The notes: generated from the sequence alone by a model not told the origin. DNA of 64,000 nt from Dehalococcoidia bacterium (GCA_965249225.1 CBDFLT010000009.1:91742-155741); one strand, 5' to 3'; shown: positions 43,999-54,496, counted from the stretch's first letter. Numbers and translations are program-made.

Positions 43999-44697
43999 TC
44001 ACATGCTGGTCCTTGCCAGGATTCCCATGACTGCCAGCGACGCAGCCACGATAACCGGGTCATCCGGGAGCCAGCTGTCGTTCCAAAGGCCGTGAGCTAT
44101 TAGCCTGAAACGCTCCGCAGCAGTCGCAACGATGGCCCCAAGGGCAGCTATCCAGTAGGGCTGGAAAGGTGATGCCACGATGAGGCAGACACCGAGCATG
44201 GCGATCGAGGGCCATACGATCGCCATGTTGCCGCGACAGATTCTGGCCGTGAAAGGCCAAGCTATGTTGCCGCTACGGATGGAAGACCTAACGAGCCCGG
44301 CGGCGCTGTCTCCCCAAGCCATGAAGGCTATTGGTACGAACGCGAGCCACCTGTCGCCGAGCAGGCCCCATCCGACCGCCAGGCCAGCGGCGCCGGCCAT
44401 GGGGTAGGCGGCCTCTGCCCAGTCCTGGGTCGACACGCTTCTACTGATTCCGCGAAGTGTCCGGCGAAAACCCAATCGAAGAGCGAGGATGGAGAGGGAT
44501 AGGACGCCTGCGAGCGCGATGGCTGTCCAGGCGTCGAGCCAGAGCACCGCGATGAGGAAGGCCGCGCCACCTAGTACCGGAGCGGCGCGGCGGGACACAG
44601 TGCCGGGCACCCCGCGATCAAACAGGAAGTTTGAGGCGAGTAGCCCTGCGGTGGCAAGTATCACAACCCCGCTCGCAGCGAGTGCCTGGTCCAACAT
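43999..44697 (-). CDS. Polytopic membrane protein, possibly of the polyprenol kinase/cytidylyltransferase-like family (function tentative)
   Basis: The 232-aa ORF has multiple TM helices. The AFMAWGDSAAGLVR motif is reminiscent of dolichol/phytol kinase-type proteins. Confidence 0.45.
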   Translation of the reverse strand: MLDQALAASGVVILATAGLLASNFLFDRGVPGTVSRRAAPVLGGAAFLIAVLWLDAWTAIALAGVLSLSILALRLGFRRTLRGISRSVSTQDWAEAAYPMAGAAGLAVGWGLLGDRWLAFVPIAFMAWGDSAAGLVRSSIRSGNIAWPFTARICRGNMAIVWPSIAMLGVCLIVASPFQPYWIAALGAIVATAAERFRLIAHGLWNDSWLPDDPVIVAASLAVMGILARTSM

Positions 44698-44722
44698 TGG
44701 CAGCCTGCTCCCTCATTCCTCT

Positions 44723-45283
44723 CTACTCCGCCACTCGCGGCTCCCAGTCGATCGCGCTCTTAGGACTCAGATTACGGCCTTGGCTGTCGGCCAGGTAGTA
44801 GACCCTGAGTGCATCACCCTTGTTCAGCTTTCCTAGACTACCGACCTTTTTCCGGGGGGTAAGGCTCCTGCCATAAACCTGATATGTGTACCTCACGTAG
44901 TACGTGTAGTATGTCCTTCCCGTCTCAGAATCCGTATGTTTCTCCGACTCCGTCTTGTCAACGCGGCCCACGGTTTGCAACCCTACGCTTCTACACTTGG
45001 CATCCGGGTCAAGCAGCCAGTAGGCCTCTCGTAGCGCCGAGAAGATGAAGCTCCAGGCACTGATCAGCACTCCCGTGATCCCACGGGCCAGTCGACTCCC
45101 GTAACCCGCAGCTGGATGCCGGGATGCGGTCTGCCTTGCGGCGCGTGCCTCCTTCGCGAGCTGTCCTGGCCCCGTCGTACCAGGACCTGGAATCGATCGC
45201 TTCTTCTCTAGGACGATGACCTTCTCTTCCGGCTCAGAAGTCTCCTTCTCAGCTTTCAGAAGTTGGGTATCAGACATTGCCAC
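44723..45283 (-). CDS. DUF3592-like membrane-anchored protein
   Basis: One TM helix (GITGVLISAWSFIFSAL) is followed by the beta-rich region GRTYYTYYVRYTYQVYGRS...GDALRVYY, which is typical of DUF3592. Confidence 0.55.
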   Translation of the reverse strand: MAMSDTQLLKAEKETSEPEEKVIVLEKKRSIPGPGTTGPGQLAKEARAARQTASRHPAAGYGSRLARGITGVLISAWSFIFSALREAYWLLDPDAKCRSVGLQTVGRVDKTESEKHTDSETGRTYYTYYVRYTYQVYGRSLTPRKKVGSLGKLNKGDALRVYYLADSQGRNLSPKSAIDWEPRVAE

Positions 45284-45333
45284 TCTCCTCTTTCTTGGTT
45301 AGCTCCTGGTCCTTCGTACCCGGCTGCATCCCG

Positions 45334-45552
45334 TCAATCCATCGCTTCTACATGACATTCACTTCCTTCCTCTCTGTTTGTCTGTGACTCAGATTCCGAG
45401 AGTAGCTGGTCAGCACCTTTCCAGAACATCCAGATTGACAGCTTGCTAACAACCCACGGGACAGGTAGCAGCGCAGCTATTAGAATCAGTAGCAGACTCA
45501 TGGCCAAGATCAGGAGCAGGAGCTTTTCGGCTATAAGGACTAGAACCTCCAT
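45334..45552 (-). CDS. Hypothetical small membrane protein (72 aa)
   Basis: It has a strongly hydrophobic N-terminal half (LLLLILAMSLLLILIAALLPVPWVV) and an acidic tail. Confidence 0.45.
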   Translation of the reverse strand: MEVLVLIAEKLLLLILAMSLLLILIAALLPVPWVVSKLSIWMFWKGADQLLSESESQTNREEGSECHVEAMD

Positions 45553-45590
45553 GTCTCTTCACCTCTTTCCTCTGCGCGATTCGTGCGTCG

Positions 45591-45626
45591 GATAAAAAGA
45601 GACCACAGCCGCCGACCGTGGTCTCT
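45591..45626 (-). terminator. Rho-independent terminator after the 105-aa basic-protein gene
   Basis: The minus strand reads AGAGACCAC-N11-GTGGTCTCT followed by TTTTTAT. Confidence 0.7.
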
Positions 45627-45657
45627 CATAACCCTGTTTTGGCCGGGTCGCCGCCGT

Positions 45658-45975
45658 CTATTCGCTTGTATCGCCTGTTGCTGGCCGTGCTATCAGCCTC
45701 CGCCATCGGTGGTGGATGATGGGTGTGGGGAGTCTCGTCCCGGCGTATGCCGTGACGTAGGCGGCTCCCGACCGGTCCCACCCTTGGCCGGGCGGTCGCT
45801 GGTGGGCGTTGAGACGACCGCCGAGGTGCCAGGTCCGTGACTTGGTAGGTACCTTCAAGGCTCCGGTCTCGCCGGAGACCTTGTGGCCCAGACGCGCCAG
45901 CCGAGCCGCCAAGCGCGCCTCATTGGCAGTCACGAACCTTAGCCGCCGGATGGCCCGCCGCTCGTGTCGTGTCAT
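45658..45975 (-). CDS. Hypothetical Arg-rich basic protein (105 aa)
   Basis: ATG 45975 follows the GGAGAGGG SD-like purine run (about 10 nt upstream). The gene has its own terminator and is divergent from the 914-aa gene. I recognised no family. Confidence 0.45.
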   Translation of the reverse strand: MTRHERRAIRRLRFVTANEARLAARLARLGHKVSGETGALKVPTKSRTWHLGGRLNAHQRPPGQGWDRSGAAYVTAYAGTRLPTPIIHHRWRRLIARPATGDTSE

Positions 45976-46019
45976 GAACGTCACCCTCTCCGTAATCGTC
46001 TCTTCTCAGCTGCCTGCCC

Positions 46020-46048
46020 TTGACATCGCCCATATCATGGAGTACTTT
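46020..46048 (+). promoter_or_regulatory. Sigma-70-type promoter for the 914-aa gene
   Basis: TTGACA (46020-46025), N17, TACTTT (46043-46048). Confidence 0.55.
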
Positions 46049-46071
46049 ATTGCAACATACAAGTAGCTTAG

Positions 46072-46094
46072 GCGGAGAATACTCTCCGTTTTTT
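46072..46094 (+). terminator. Intrinsic terminator inside the leader of the 914-aa gene (attenuator candidate)
   Basis: CGGAGA-ATAC-TCTCCG (46073-46088) is followed by TTTTTT (46089-94). It starts about 20 nt after the predicted transcription start and ends about 50 nt before the start codon. Confidence 0.65.
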
Positions 46095-46141
46095 GTGGTA
46101 CGTAGCACTACTGCGACATAGATGCGGCGCACCTGCTACGA

Positions 46142-48886
46142 GTGTTGCAGAAGGGGTCGATAAAGATGGAAGGACGAAGTACGCTAGTCTTCCGCCCTGA
46201 GCTGCCACCGGACCTTGAGCATGCGTCACACATCCGCGAGGAGGCCATCGATTGGCTTGAGATTCAGTTCCCGGGAATACCGTCCTTCACCACCGGCGCT
46301 GTGCTGAGCATGGCCGGCGAAAAAGGACGGCGCTGGCTAATTACTCGGCTCCGGATGCGCAATATTGGGAACGAAGAGTTTTTCAGCCTGCCTGCCACGG
46401 CCGACGCACTGACAGTGCTGTACCTGAGGTCCCGAGGGGTTAAATTCCGTAAAGCGGTGGATGCCGTCGTCGGAGGGACGGGACTGCCAAGAGGCCCTGA
46501 GCCCAGATATGGTGGAGTGTGGAACCGCCTGATCGTTGCCGCGTTGGATCGCTTGCGAAGACGGGTACCACCCCGTCTCCTCGGCAGCGCCGTGGCATCT
46601 CTCCTCAGAGACACAAAGGATCACCCCAACTGCCTCATCATTGTGAAGCGACTTGGCAAGAGCGCCGACGCACAGGTGTCCGATAATGCCCGCTCTATCA
46701 GCCATGACCATGTGTGGCGAACCATTCTGGAACGCCCAGCTCCGTCATGCTCGGTTATCGCTCCTTCCCTTGAGGTCCTGATTCTCGGAAAAGATCAGCT
46801 CCCTGCGAGATCGGAAGTGACAGCCCGCCACTTCGCAGGGCTCAAAGTGGAGACGGAACGCGAGGTGTATGAGCTGCTAATCGGAACCATGAGGCCGGCA
46901 TCCGTTCTCCCGGATAGCAGGACCCTCGACTTCGTTGGCAAGATACTTGACACCGTATACCTTAATTTCGAGGAGTTTCACAAAGCGCAATCGTCTTCGA
47001 GATTCGAGGCAAAGAACGAACCGGAACCCGGCTCCGCGGATGATCTTCAGCTTTGGCTGATAGCCCGATTACTTAACTCGATCTATCCTGGCTCGCTCTG
47101 CGAAATATCTGAAGAGGCGCAGCCCTCTTCTGGCGCTAGAGTCCTCGCAAGCTCCGTGGCCAAGCCATGGGAGCCCTCCCCTTGGGACCCACCGAAGAGC
47201 CTGGAGATGCTTTCTGGATACGCGAGCCGTACCGGTGTTCCTTTGGTGGTGGAAAAGGTAGAGCATCCCTGGACCTCCGTAATCGAGTCCGTTGAGTCAG
47301 AGATGCGCTATCTAAGGAATAGGAACTCAGATGACCATGGCCGAGGTTTTTCCGCCTTGGCTTTGCCAATATTCTCTAGGTCTGGGAGCTCAGCGGGCTC
47401 CCTCTACATGTTGATGCCTCGAATCGAAGGGAGTCGGCTAAAAGTCGAGGTGCGCGTACTGGCGGTGTTCAGCCGGATCGTTGGTGAGGTAATCGAACGA
47501 CAGAGGGCCGCCATTTATTCCGCAAAAGTCTCAGCGAACATCGCCACCTTTACTATTCTTCAACGCGATCAGTTCAATGAGGCAATGCTGGACCTGCTTA
47601 ATCGAAAGGCAGTTGAATTAAGCGATAACGCACATCTCCAACAAGATGTGAGACTCCCCTTTCTTCTGGTCTCGGTGCACCGTCCTGACCCGGATGAGTT
47701 CGATCCTGCCGTATCAGATCGTCTCAAGAACTGGCTTGTCGAGAACTTGCAGCACCTGGAGTGGCGTTCCTTTGTTCGGTCACACTGGCCTGGCGGTCCG
47801 GAGGAGTACGGAACGGAGAGTTTCATCGGTGAGGTGCCTGGCGTTGGTGTCATGATCGCATTGGGTGAGCTGGTTACGAAGGGTGAGCTGGATCGAATTC
47901 GGAACGCATTCCCAACGACCATCAATCGAATTTCCCCCTCTAATGCGCCTGTCAAGCTGGTGGCCTGGGTGCTGGACGTGCCCGCGCGACGAATATCTGA
48001 TGCGGCCAGCGATGGGGATATGCCGGCCTTAGCGGACGATGTTGAACGGTGGGCATTTGAGGTCGCGGCCGTCGTGGACGATATCACCGAGAGTGCCACC
48101 TTGGCGCACGATCAAGGCGAATGGGAGGCAGCTCTCCGTAAGGTCCGGAACGCTTTAAAAAAGGAAGGTGGTCGGAATAACTCTTACCTACGCAGGCTTG
48201 CCGCTGATTGTGCTTTCTCATTGGGAGATTGGCCGAGCGCTCTAAAGTACTCCCAGAAGGCGGCCACGCTGAGCAAGCGGGAATTGGGAAGCGGTCTGGT
48301 TCGGTCACTGTGCCTGGAAGGAGATGCCCACCTCTGTCTGTGCGACCCCATCCGTGCATGGGACCTATATTCGGATGCCGCTTCACACGCACCAAACCAT
48401 CCACTTCCTCGCTACTACCGTGGTCAGGCCCTTCTCTTAATGGCGAGACTTCTCAAGGTGTTTGACGAGGAGGGAAGAAGGACTACCGCTTTGGAGGTCG
48501 TTGGACCAGAACAGATCGACGAGATACTCAACACGCTTGTCAATGGGGCGATGGAGGACCTAACGATGGCGGAGGACGCGCTCGATCGGTGGGGACTGAT
48601 CCCTGAGTCGTACCAATACAGGAACTTCCATCTCGTACCCACCTTAATGGGACAAGGGATCGGCTATCTGCTCACTCGCTCACCGGGTCCCGCCGCAAGC
48701 CGGCTCCAGAGGGCTCGCCGGTCTTTCCCCAAGGATGATCTGTTCTTCCGCGAATTCATATACGCGAAGTGCTTGGAGCAGGGGCTTCACCGGCGTTATG
48801 GTGCGCTGTTGCTAAGCGATGAATGGGCGCCGCTTAGAGACCGACTACACGGGACGTTTGGGGAACCAAGCAACTGGCGCAGTTAG
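46142..48886 (+). CDS. Large hypothetical multidomain protein (914 aa): possible HTH, GAF-like, degenerate GGDEF-like and TPR-like regions
   Basis: It is a long uninterrupted ORF. The start is GTG 46142 or ATG 46166. Domain guesses come from sequence patterns only (see findings). Confidence 0.6.
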   Translation: MLQKGSIKMEGRSTLVFRPELPPDLEHASHIREEAIDWLEIQFPGIPSFTTGAVLSMAGEKGRRWLITRLRMRNIGNEEFFSLPATADALTVLYLRSRGVKFRKAVDAVVGGTGLPRGPEPRYGGVWNRLIVAALDRLRRRVPPRLLGSAVASLLRDTKDHPNCLIIVKRLGKSADAQVSDNARSISHDHVWRTILERPAPSCSVIAPSLEVLILGKDQLPARSEVTARHFAGLKVETEREVYELLIGTMRPASVLPDSRTLDFVGKILDTVYLNFEEFHKAQSSSRFEAKNEPEPGSADDLQLWLIARLLNSIYPGSLCEISEEAQPSSGARVLASSVAKPWEPSPWDPPKSLEMLSGYASRTGVPLVVEKVEHPWTSVIESVESEMRYLRNRNSDDHGRGFSALALPIFSRSGSSAGSLYMLMPRIEGSRLKVEVRVLAVFSRIVGEVIERQRAAIYSAKVSANIATFTILQRDQFNEAMLDLLNRKAVELSDNAHLQQDVRLPFLLVSVHRPDPDEFDPAVSDRLKNWLVENLQHLEWRSFVRSHWPGGPEEYGTESFIGEVPGVGVMIALGELVTKGELDRIRNAFPTTINRISPSNAPVKLVAWVLDVPARRISDAASDGDMPALADDVERWAFEVAAVVDDITESATLAHDQGEWEAALRKVRNALKKEGGRNNSYLRRLAADCAFSLGDWPSALKYSQKAATLSKRELGSGLVRSLCLEGDAHLCLCDPIRAWDLYSDAASHAPNHPLPRYYRGQALLLMARLLKVFDEEGRRTTALEVVGPEQIDEILNTLVNGAMEDLTMAEDALDRWGLIPESYQYRNFHLVPTLMGQGIGYLLTRSPGPAASRLQRARRSFPKDDLFFREFIYAKCLEQGLHRRYGALLLSDEWAPLRDRLHGTFGEPSNWRS

Positions 48887-48997
48887 AATTATTGACCTAT
48901 TTGAGCTTAGCACTGCGTAACCGACTCAGTATTCCCGGATCGGCTCACGCTCCCCCGCCTCCACCACAAACACGGAACTTCATCCGCCCCTTGCCGA

Positions 48998-50038
48998 TCA
49001 GGCGGGGGCTGACTCCCGAAAGGTGGCGTCGACGACGTCCAGGGCGTAGTCGATGTCGTCGGCAGTGATGCCATAGTGAGTGGCGAACCGCCACCTGCGC
49101 TCGGCCTTGCCCCCCTTGATTCCCCTCTCCTCCAGCCGCTGGGATACCTCCACAGGCGAGTCCACGGTGACGTGGAAGTACACCAGGTTGGTCTGGGGAC
49201 CATCGGGGCCGATGGAGATGCCCGGGATTTGGCTCAACCCCTTGGCCAGCAGGCGCGCGTTGGCGTGGTCGTCGGCCAGCCTGTCCACCATGGTCTCCAG
49301 GGCCACTATCCCGGCCGCCGCGATGATGCCCACCTGACGCATGGTGCCCCCCAGCCGTTTACGCCAGAAGCGGGCCTTCTCGACCAGCTCATGGCTGCCG
49401 CACACCAGGGAGCCGATGGGCCCGCTCAGCCCCTTGGAGAGACAGAAGCCGACGGTGTCAGCATCCCTGGCCAGCTCGGCGACAGGGGTCTCCAGATAGA
49501 CGGAGGCGTTGAATATGCGGGAGCCATCGATGTGCAGTGGGATGTCGTGCTCTCTAGCCACCTGGGCGATGGCCGCAGTGTCATCCGGCGTAAGCACGCC
49601 GCCTCCGCAGTGGTTGTGGGTGTTCTCCAACGCGATGAGCCTGGTGGGAGGGAAGTAGATGTGGTCGGGTCGTATGGCCGCCCTGACCTCGTCGGGGTCC
49701 AGCATGCCTCGGTCGTCGTTATGAACGGTGCGGGGGTGGACCCCGCCCAGGATGGATGCGATGCCCTGCTCGTAGAGGTAGATGTGGGCCTTGTCGCCCA
49801 GGATCATCTCGTCGCCACGCTGGCAGTGGGCGAGAATCGCCGTCAGGTTGGCCATCGTCCCGCTGGGGACGAGTATGGCGGCCTCTTTGCCGAGCATCTC
49901 GGCGGCCATGGCCTCCAGGCGCTTGGCGGTGGGGTCATCCCCGCGGGAGTCGTCCCCGACCTCGGCCTCGGCTATGGCCCTGCGCATCTCAGGCGTGGGA
50001 TGCGTAACGGTGTCGCTACGGAAATCGATGACTCGCAT
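48998..50038 (-). CDS. ltaE: Low-specificity L-threonine aldolase
   Basis: I trimmed the start to MRVIDFRSDTVTHPTPEMRRAIAEAEVGDD. The PLP-lysine region is FCLSKGLSGPIGS. Confidence 0.85.
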   Translation of the reverse strand: MRVIDFRSDTVTHPTPEMRRAIAEAEVGDDSRGDDPTAKRLEAMAAEMLGKEAAILVPSGTMANLTAILAHCQRGDEMILGDKAHIYLYEQGIASILGGVHPRTVHNDDRGMLDPDEVRAAIRPDHIYFPPTRLIALENTHNHCGGGVLTPDDTAAIAQVAREHDIPLHIDGSRIFNASVYLETPVAELARDADTVGFCLSKGLSGPIGSLVCGSHELVEKARFWRKRLGGTMRQVGIIAAAGIVALETMVDRLADDHANARLLAKGLSQIPGISIGPDGPQTNLVYFHVTVDSPVEVSQRLEERGIKGGKAERRWRFATHYGITADDIDYALDVVDATFRESAPA

Positions 50039-50163
50039 GAGGTCTCCCGGGTGACGGATTACGCGGCGAGCATCAATTCTAGCAACACCGCTTGTCAAAC
50101 GCCATAGCGTCGCCTAACATTGGCAGGGTTGCACGGCGGTTAGATTCTTCGCCCCGACCTGCC

Positions 50164-50207
50164 GGGACTCAGAATGACATGAAGCTGCACTTGTCACTCT
50201 GAGCCCC
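50164..50207. promoter_or_regulatory. 16-bp imperfect inverted repeat in the ltaE/fumC divergent region
   Basis: GGGACTCAGAATGACA-N12-TGTCACTCTGAGCCCC, with two mismatched positions. Confidence 0.35.
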
Positions 50208-50299
50208 TCGCTTCGCTCAGGGTGAACTTATCGAAGAGTCTTTCAGGATATTTTGAGGGTAACAGACGAAAGACCCTGCCGACTTCGGCGGAGGCGGCG

Positions 50300-51718
<1,419 letters not shown>

Positions 51719-51750
51719 CCATTGGAAGTCGTTTCATCATCGTTATCGCC

Positions 51751-51805
51751 TGCGGGTGAGCACCCCACCCCACGGTGATTATTCCCACCCACCCACCCTC
51801 GGCAG
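51751..51805 (-). repeat. G-rich intergenic repeat, copy B (inverted relative to copy A); contains (GGGT)3GGG
   Basis: The minus strand reads CTGCCGAGGGTGGGTGGGTGGGAATAATCACCGTGGGGTGGGGTGCTCACCCGCA. About 41 of 46 aligned positions are identical to copy A. Confidence 0.7.
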
Positions 51806-51896
51806 GCTTGGGAGAGAACCCCCACTCCACCAGCTAAGTCCCGACAGAGAACATTGAGCCATCAACGGTGAGTTCCAGACCACAGGGTGATTATAT

Positions 51897-52826
51897 TTAA
51901 GGCGGGCTCGAAACTCCGCTACCCTGTCTGGACCGAGCCAAGCGTAGCGCGGCAAAAGCCTCCCGCATGATCTCGTTCGAGCTTGTGGCTTCGGCGGGGA
52001 AACAGGCCACGCCCACGTAAACCGTGTAGCCTGAGTTGGAACCCTCCAGGGCCTGCCGCCCAACTCCCTCGGCCTGCTGGCGGGATGTTTCAGGCAACAG
52101 CACGGCGAATACACCCCTACCGACCCGGCCGATGCTGTCTCCGGGGCGGACCACCTGCCGCAGATGTCCAACAAAGGTGTCGAGAGGATCGTCTCCCATC
52201 TCGCTCTGGTTCTCGCCGTCTTGCGCTCGTATCTCGACATCGGAGACGCTCACCACCAGGAGGCTGCACATGTGGCCACGCCACTCGGAGCGCCGGACCT
52301 CTTCGTCCAGAATTCGGGCGAACAGCTGGGAATTGTAGAGCCCCGTCGTCCCATCGATGGCGGCTACTTGATCTCGAGCTTCCGGTGCTTGAGCCTCGGC
52401 GTGACGCCGCCTCATCCCAAGAACCTTCGCCACCGTTAGCTTGATCAAGTCCACGTTGAAGGGTTTGGAGATGAAATCCGCTGCGCCCAGATTGATCAGC
52501 TTTGCGGCATTGTCCACCGAGGGAAATCCCGTGATCACGATTACGGGCAGAAGGGGATCGACCTGCTTTACACTGCGAAGGACTTCTATCCCATCTAGTC
52601 CAGGCATCACCAAGTCGGTTATCACGAGGTCGAAGGAGGTCTTCTTGAAGAGGTTTACCGCCTCTTTGCCGCTGCCGGAGCAGGTTATCTCGTAACCCTC
52701 TTCCGATGACAGGACCTCGGTCAGCAGAGTCAGGATGAGCTCGTCGTCATCGACAACGAGAATCCGGGTGGAGTCGTTCACAACAGACCCGCCATTACTG
52801 GATCCATGGTCCGCCGAGTCAATCAA
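51897..52826 (-). CDS. Response regulator: receiver domain plus degenerate GGDEF domain
   Basis: The REC domain shows ILVVDDDELI...DLVITDLVMPGLDG...KPF. The GGDEF-like domain (TGLYNSQLF...) has GRGVF in place of GGDEF. Confidence 0.8.
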   Translation of the reverse strand: MIDSADHGSSNGGSVVNDSTRILVVDDDELILTLLTEVLSSEEGYEITCSGSGKEAVNLFKKTSFDLVITDLVMPGLDGIEVLRSVKQVDPLLPVIVITGFPSVDNAAKLINLGAADFISKPFNVDLIKLTVAKVLGMRRRHAEAQAPEARDQVAAIDGTTGLYNSQLFARILDEEVRRSEWRGHMCSLLVVSVSDVEIRAQDGENQSEMGDDPLDTFVGHLRQVVRPGDSIGRVGRGVFAVLLPETSRQQAEGVGRQALEGSNSGYTVYVGVACFPAEATSSNEIMREAFAALRLARSRQGSGVSSPP

Positions 52827-53142
52827 GGGGTTCCCTCCCAGAGTCTATCTGGTGATATATCGAGTTCGTGGACTTCTAGCGCTCCCATGGACGGAGGGCG
52901 AGGGCGCGCCAGGTTTTCATTGCAGGCGTCCGATGCGACCGCACGACGATCTAACTATCGCACAGGCAAGCCCCAGCCGGATTGGGTGCAGGCATCGAGA
53001 CGTAGTGGGTGAGGGCATCCAAGGTGTAGCACCGGGCGACCGCGTGGCCGGGGAGAGGAAGCGCTGTGGAATCACCGGAGGCCGTGGGCCTGAAAAGTGG
53101 GCAGGCCTCAGCGGAAAACATGGAGGGCGGGAAACGCTGACG

Positions 53143-54387
53143 CTACAAGCTCCTGCGGATCATGTTCTCCTCGTCCTCCCGTGTTTCCACCAGCCCTTCT
53201 ATCCGCGCGATCAAGAGGTCTTCCAGCAGCCTGCCCACCGTCGGGCCCTCGGGCACGCCGAGCTTGATCAGATCGTCGCCTCTAAGGAGCGGCCTGATCT
53301 CATGGAGCTTGTCGAGGAATAGTCGCAACCTTTGCTCGACGACGGGGTCCTCTGCGAACAGCGCGCACGCCTCGATTGAAGTGGGACCGTAATCTCGGAG
53401 AATCCGATAGACCTCGCCGGCCCCCAGCTCGGGCGCACCCAGACCGTCGAATGCGTCTTTGATCAGACCTACCTCGCGCAGCGTGCTGGTCCATCGCGCG
53501 TCCATGTCCAGCCGGGAGGCGATCTCGGTCCTCGCGGCGGACGACGCCGAGAAGGTCAGCCCGGCGATGAAGACCAGGTCTTCTTCCTTCGAACCCTCGA
53601 CGCTCATCTGACCAAACTTGGCCAGAACCGCGACATCCGACCGCAGATCGGGGTGAACCGCGGCCAGGACGCCCATCTCCCCGGCCTGTTTCAGGATCGA
53701 TACGGCCGCTTCCTCGTGAAAGACGCGCACCAGCTCGTGCCTGACACGCACTCCGCTAAGGGCGCCTATGCGGTCCAGGTCGCGCTGGACCAACCGCCGG
53801 GTCTCCGGCTCGATATCGAACCCCAGGCGGCCTGCGTAGCGGACCGCCCTGAAGATGCGGGTTGGGTCGTCCACAAAGCTGTTGGGGTGCAAGACCCTGA
53901 TGAGCTGGCGTTCCAGGTCTTCCCGTCCGTCATGAGGGTCCTCAACGTCTCCCCACGTGTCGTCGGAGACGGACACGGCCAACGCGTTGATGGTGAAGTC
54001 CCTGCGCGCCAGGTCCTGCTCCAGCGACCCGGGAGCCACCGTCGGCAGCGCGCCGGGATGCGCGTAGGACTCACGTCTGGCCATCGCGACGTCGACACGG
54101 ACGCCCGAGACATCTACTCTGGCGGTGCCGAACTGGGAGCTGGCCTCCACTCGGCCATCCAGCTCGCGGGCGAGGGCGACGGCGAAGCCAGCGTCCGCGC
54201 CTACCGCGGCAACGTCCATCTCAGGGTCATCCGTCCGGCACTCGAGGAGGACGTCTCGCACCATACCTCCCACCAGGAAAAGCCGGACCTTATGCCGGGT
54301 AGCAGACCGCGCCGCGCGCTTGAGTAGCCTGATATGAGATGGAGGGAGGAGCTTGTCGAGGAGCGGGGCTATGTTCAACGCGGCCAT
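53143..54387 (-). CDS. cca: CCA-adding enzyme / poly(A) polymerase family tRNA nucleotidyltransferase
   Basis: It has LFLVGGMVRDVLL...D.D head-domain motifs. I trimmed the start to MAALNIAPLL (ATG 54387); the tracked ORF starts at 54555. Confidence 0.8.
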   Translation of the reverse strand: MAALNIAPLLDKLLPPSHIRLLKRAARSATRHKVRLFLVGGMVRDVLLECRTDDPEMDVAAVGADAGFAVALARELDGRVEASSQFGTARVDVSGVRVDVAMARRESYAHPGALPTVAPGSLEQDLARRDFTINALAVSVSDDTWGDVEDPHDGREDLERQLIRVLHPNSFVDDPTRIFRAVRYAGRLGFDIEPETRRLVQRDLDRIGALSGVRVRHELVRVFHEEAAVSILKQAGEMGVLAAVHPDLRSDVAVLAKFGQMSVEGSKEEDLVFIAGLTFSASSAARTEIASRLDMDARWTSTLREVGLIKDAFDGLGAPELGAGEVYRILRDYGPTSIEACALFAEDPVVEQRLRLFLDKLHEIRPLLRGDDLIKLGVPEGPTVGRLLEDLLIARIEGLVETREDEENMIRRSL

Positions 54388-54496
54388 TCTCTTTCCCGTG
54401 AGTCGGTCGACAATAGCACCCCGGATGTCCGCTCCGGCGCCGGAGTTCAGGAGAACACATGAGTCGTCCGAGATTCTTGAAGATCGGGTGGCTACT

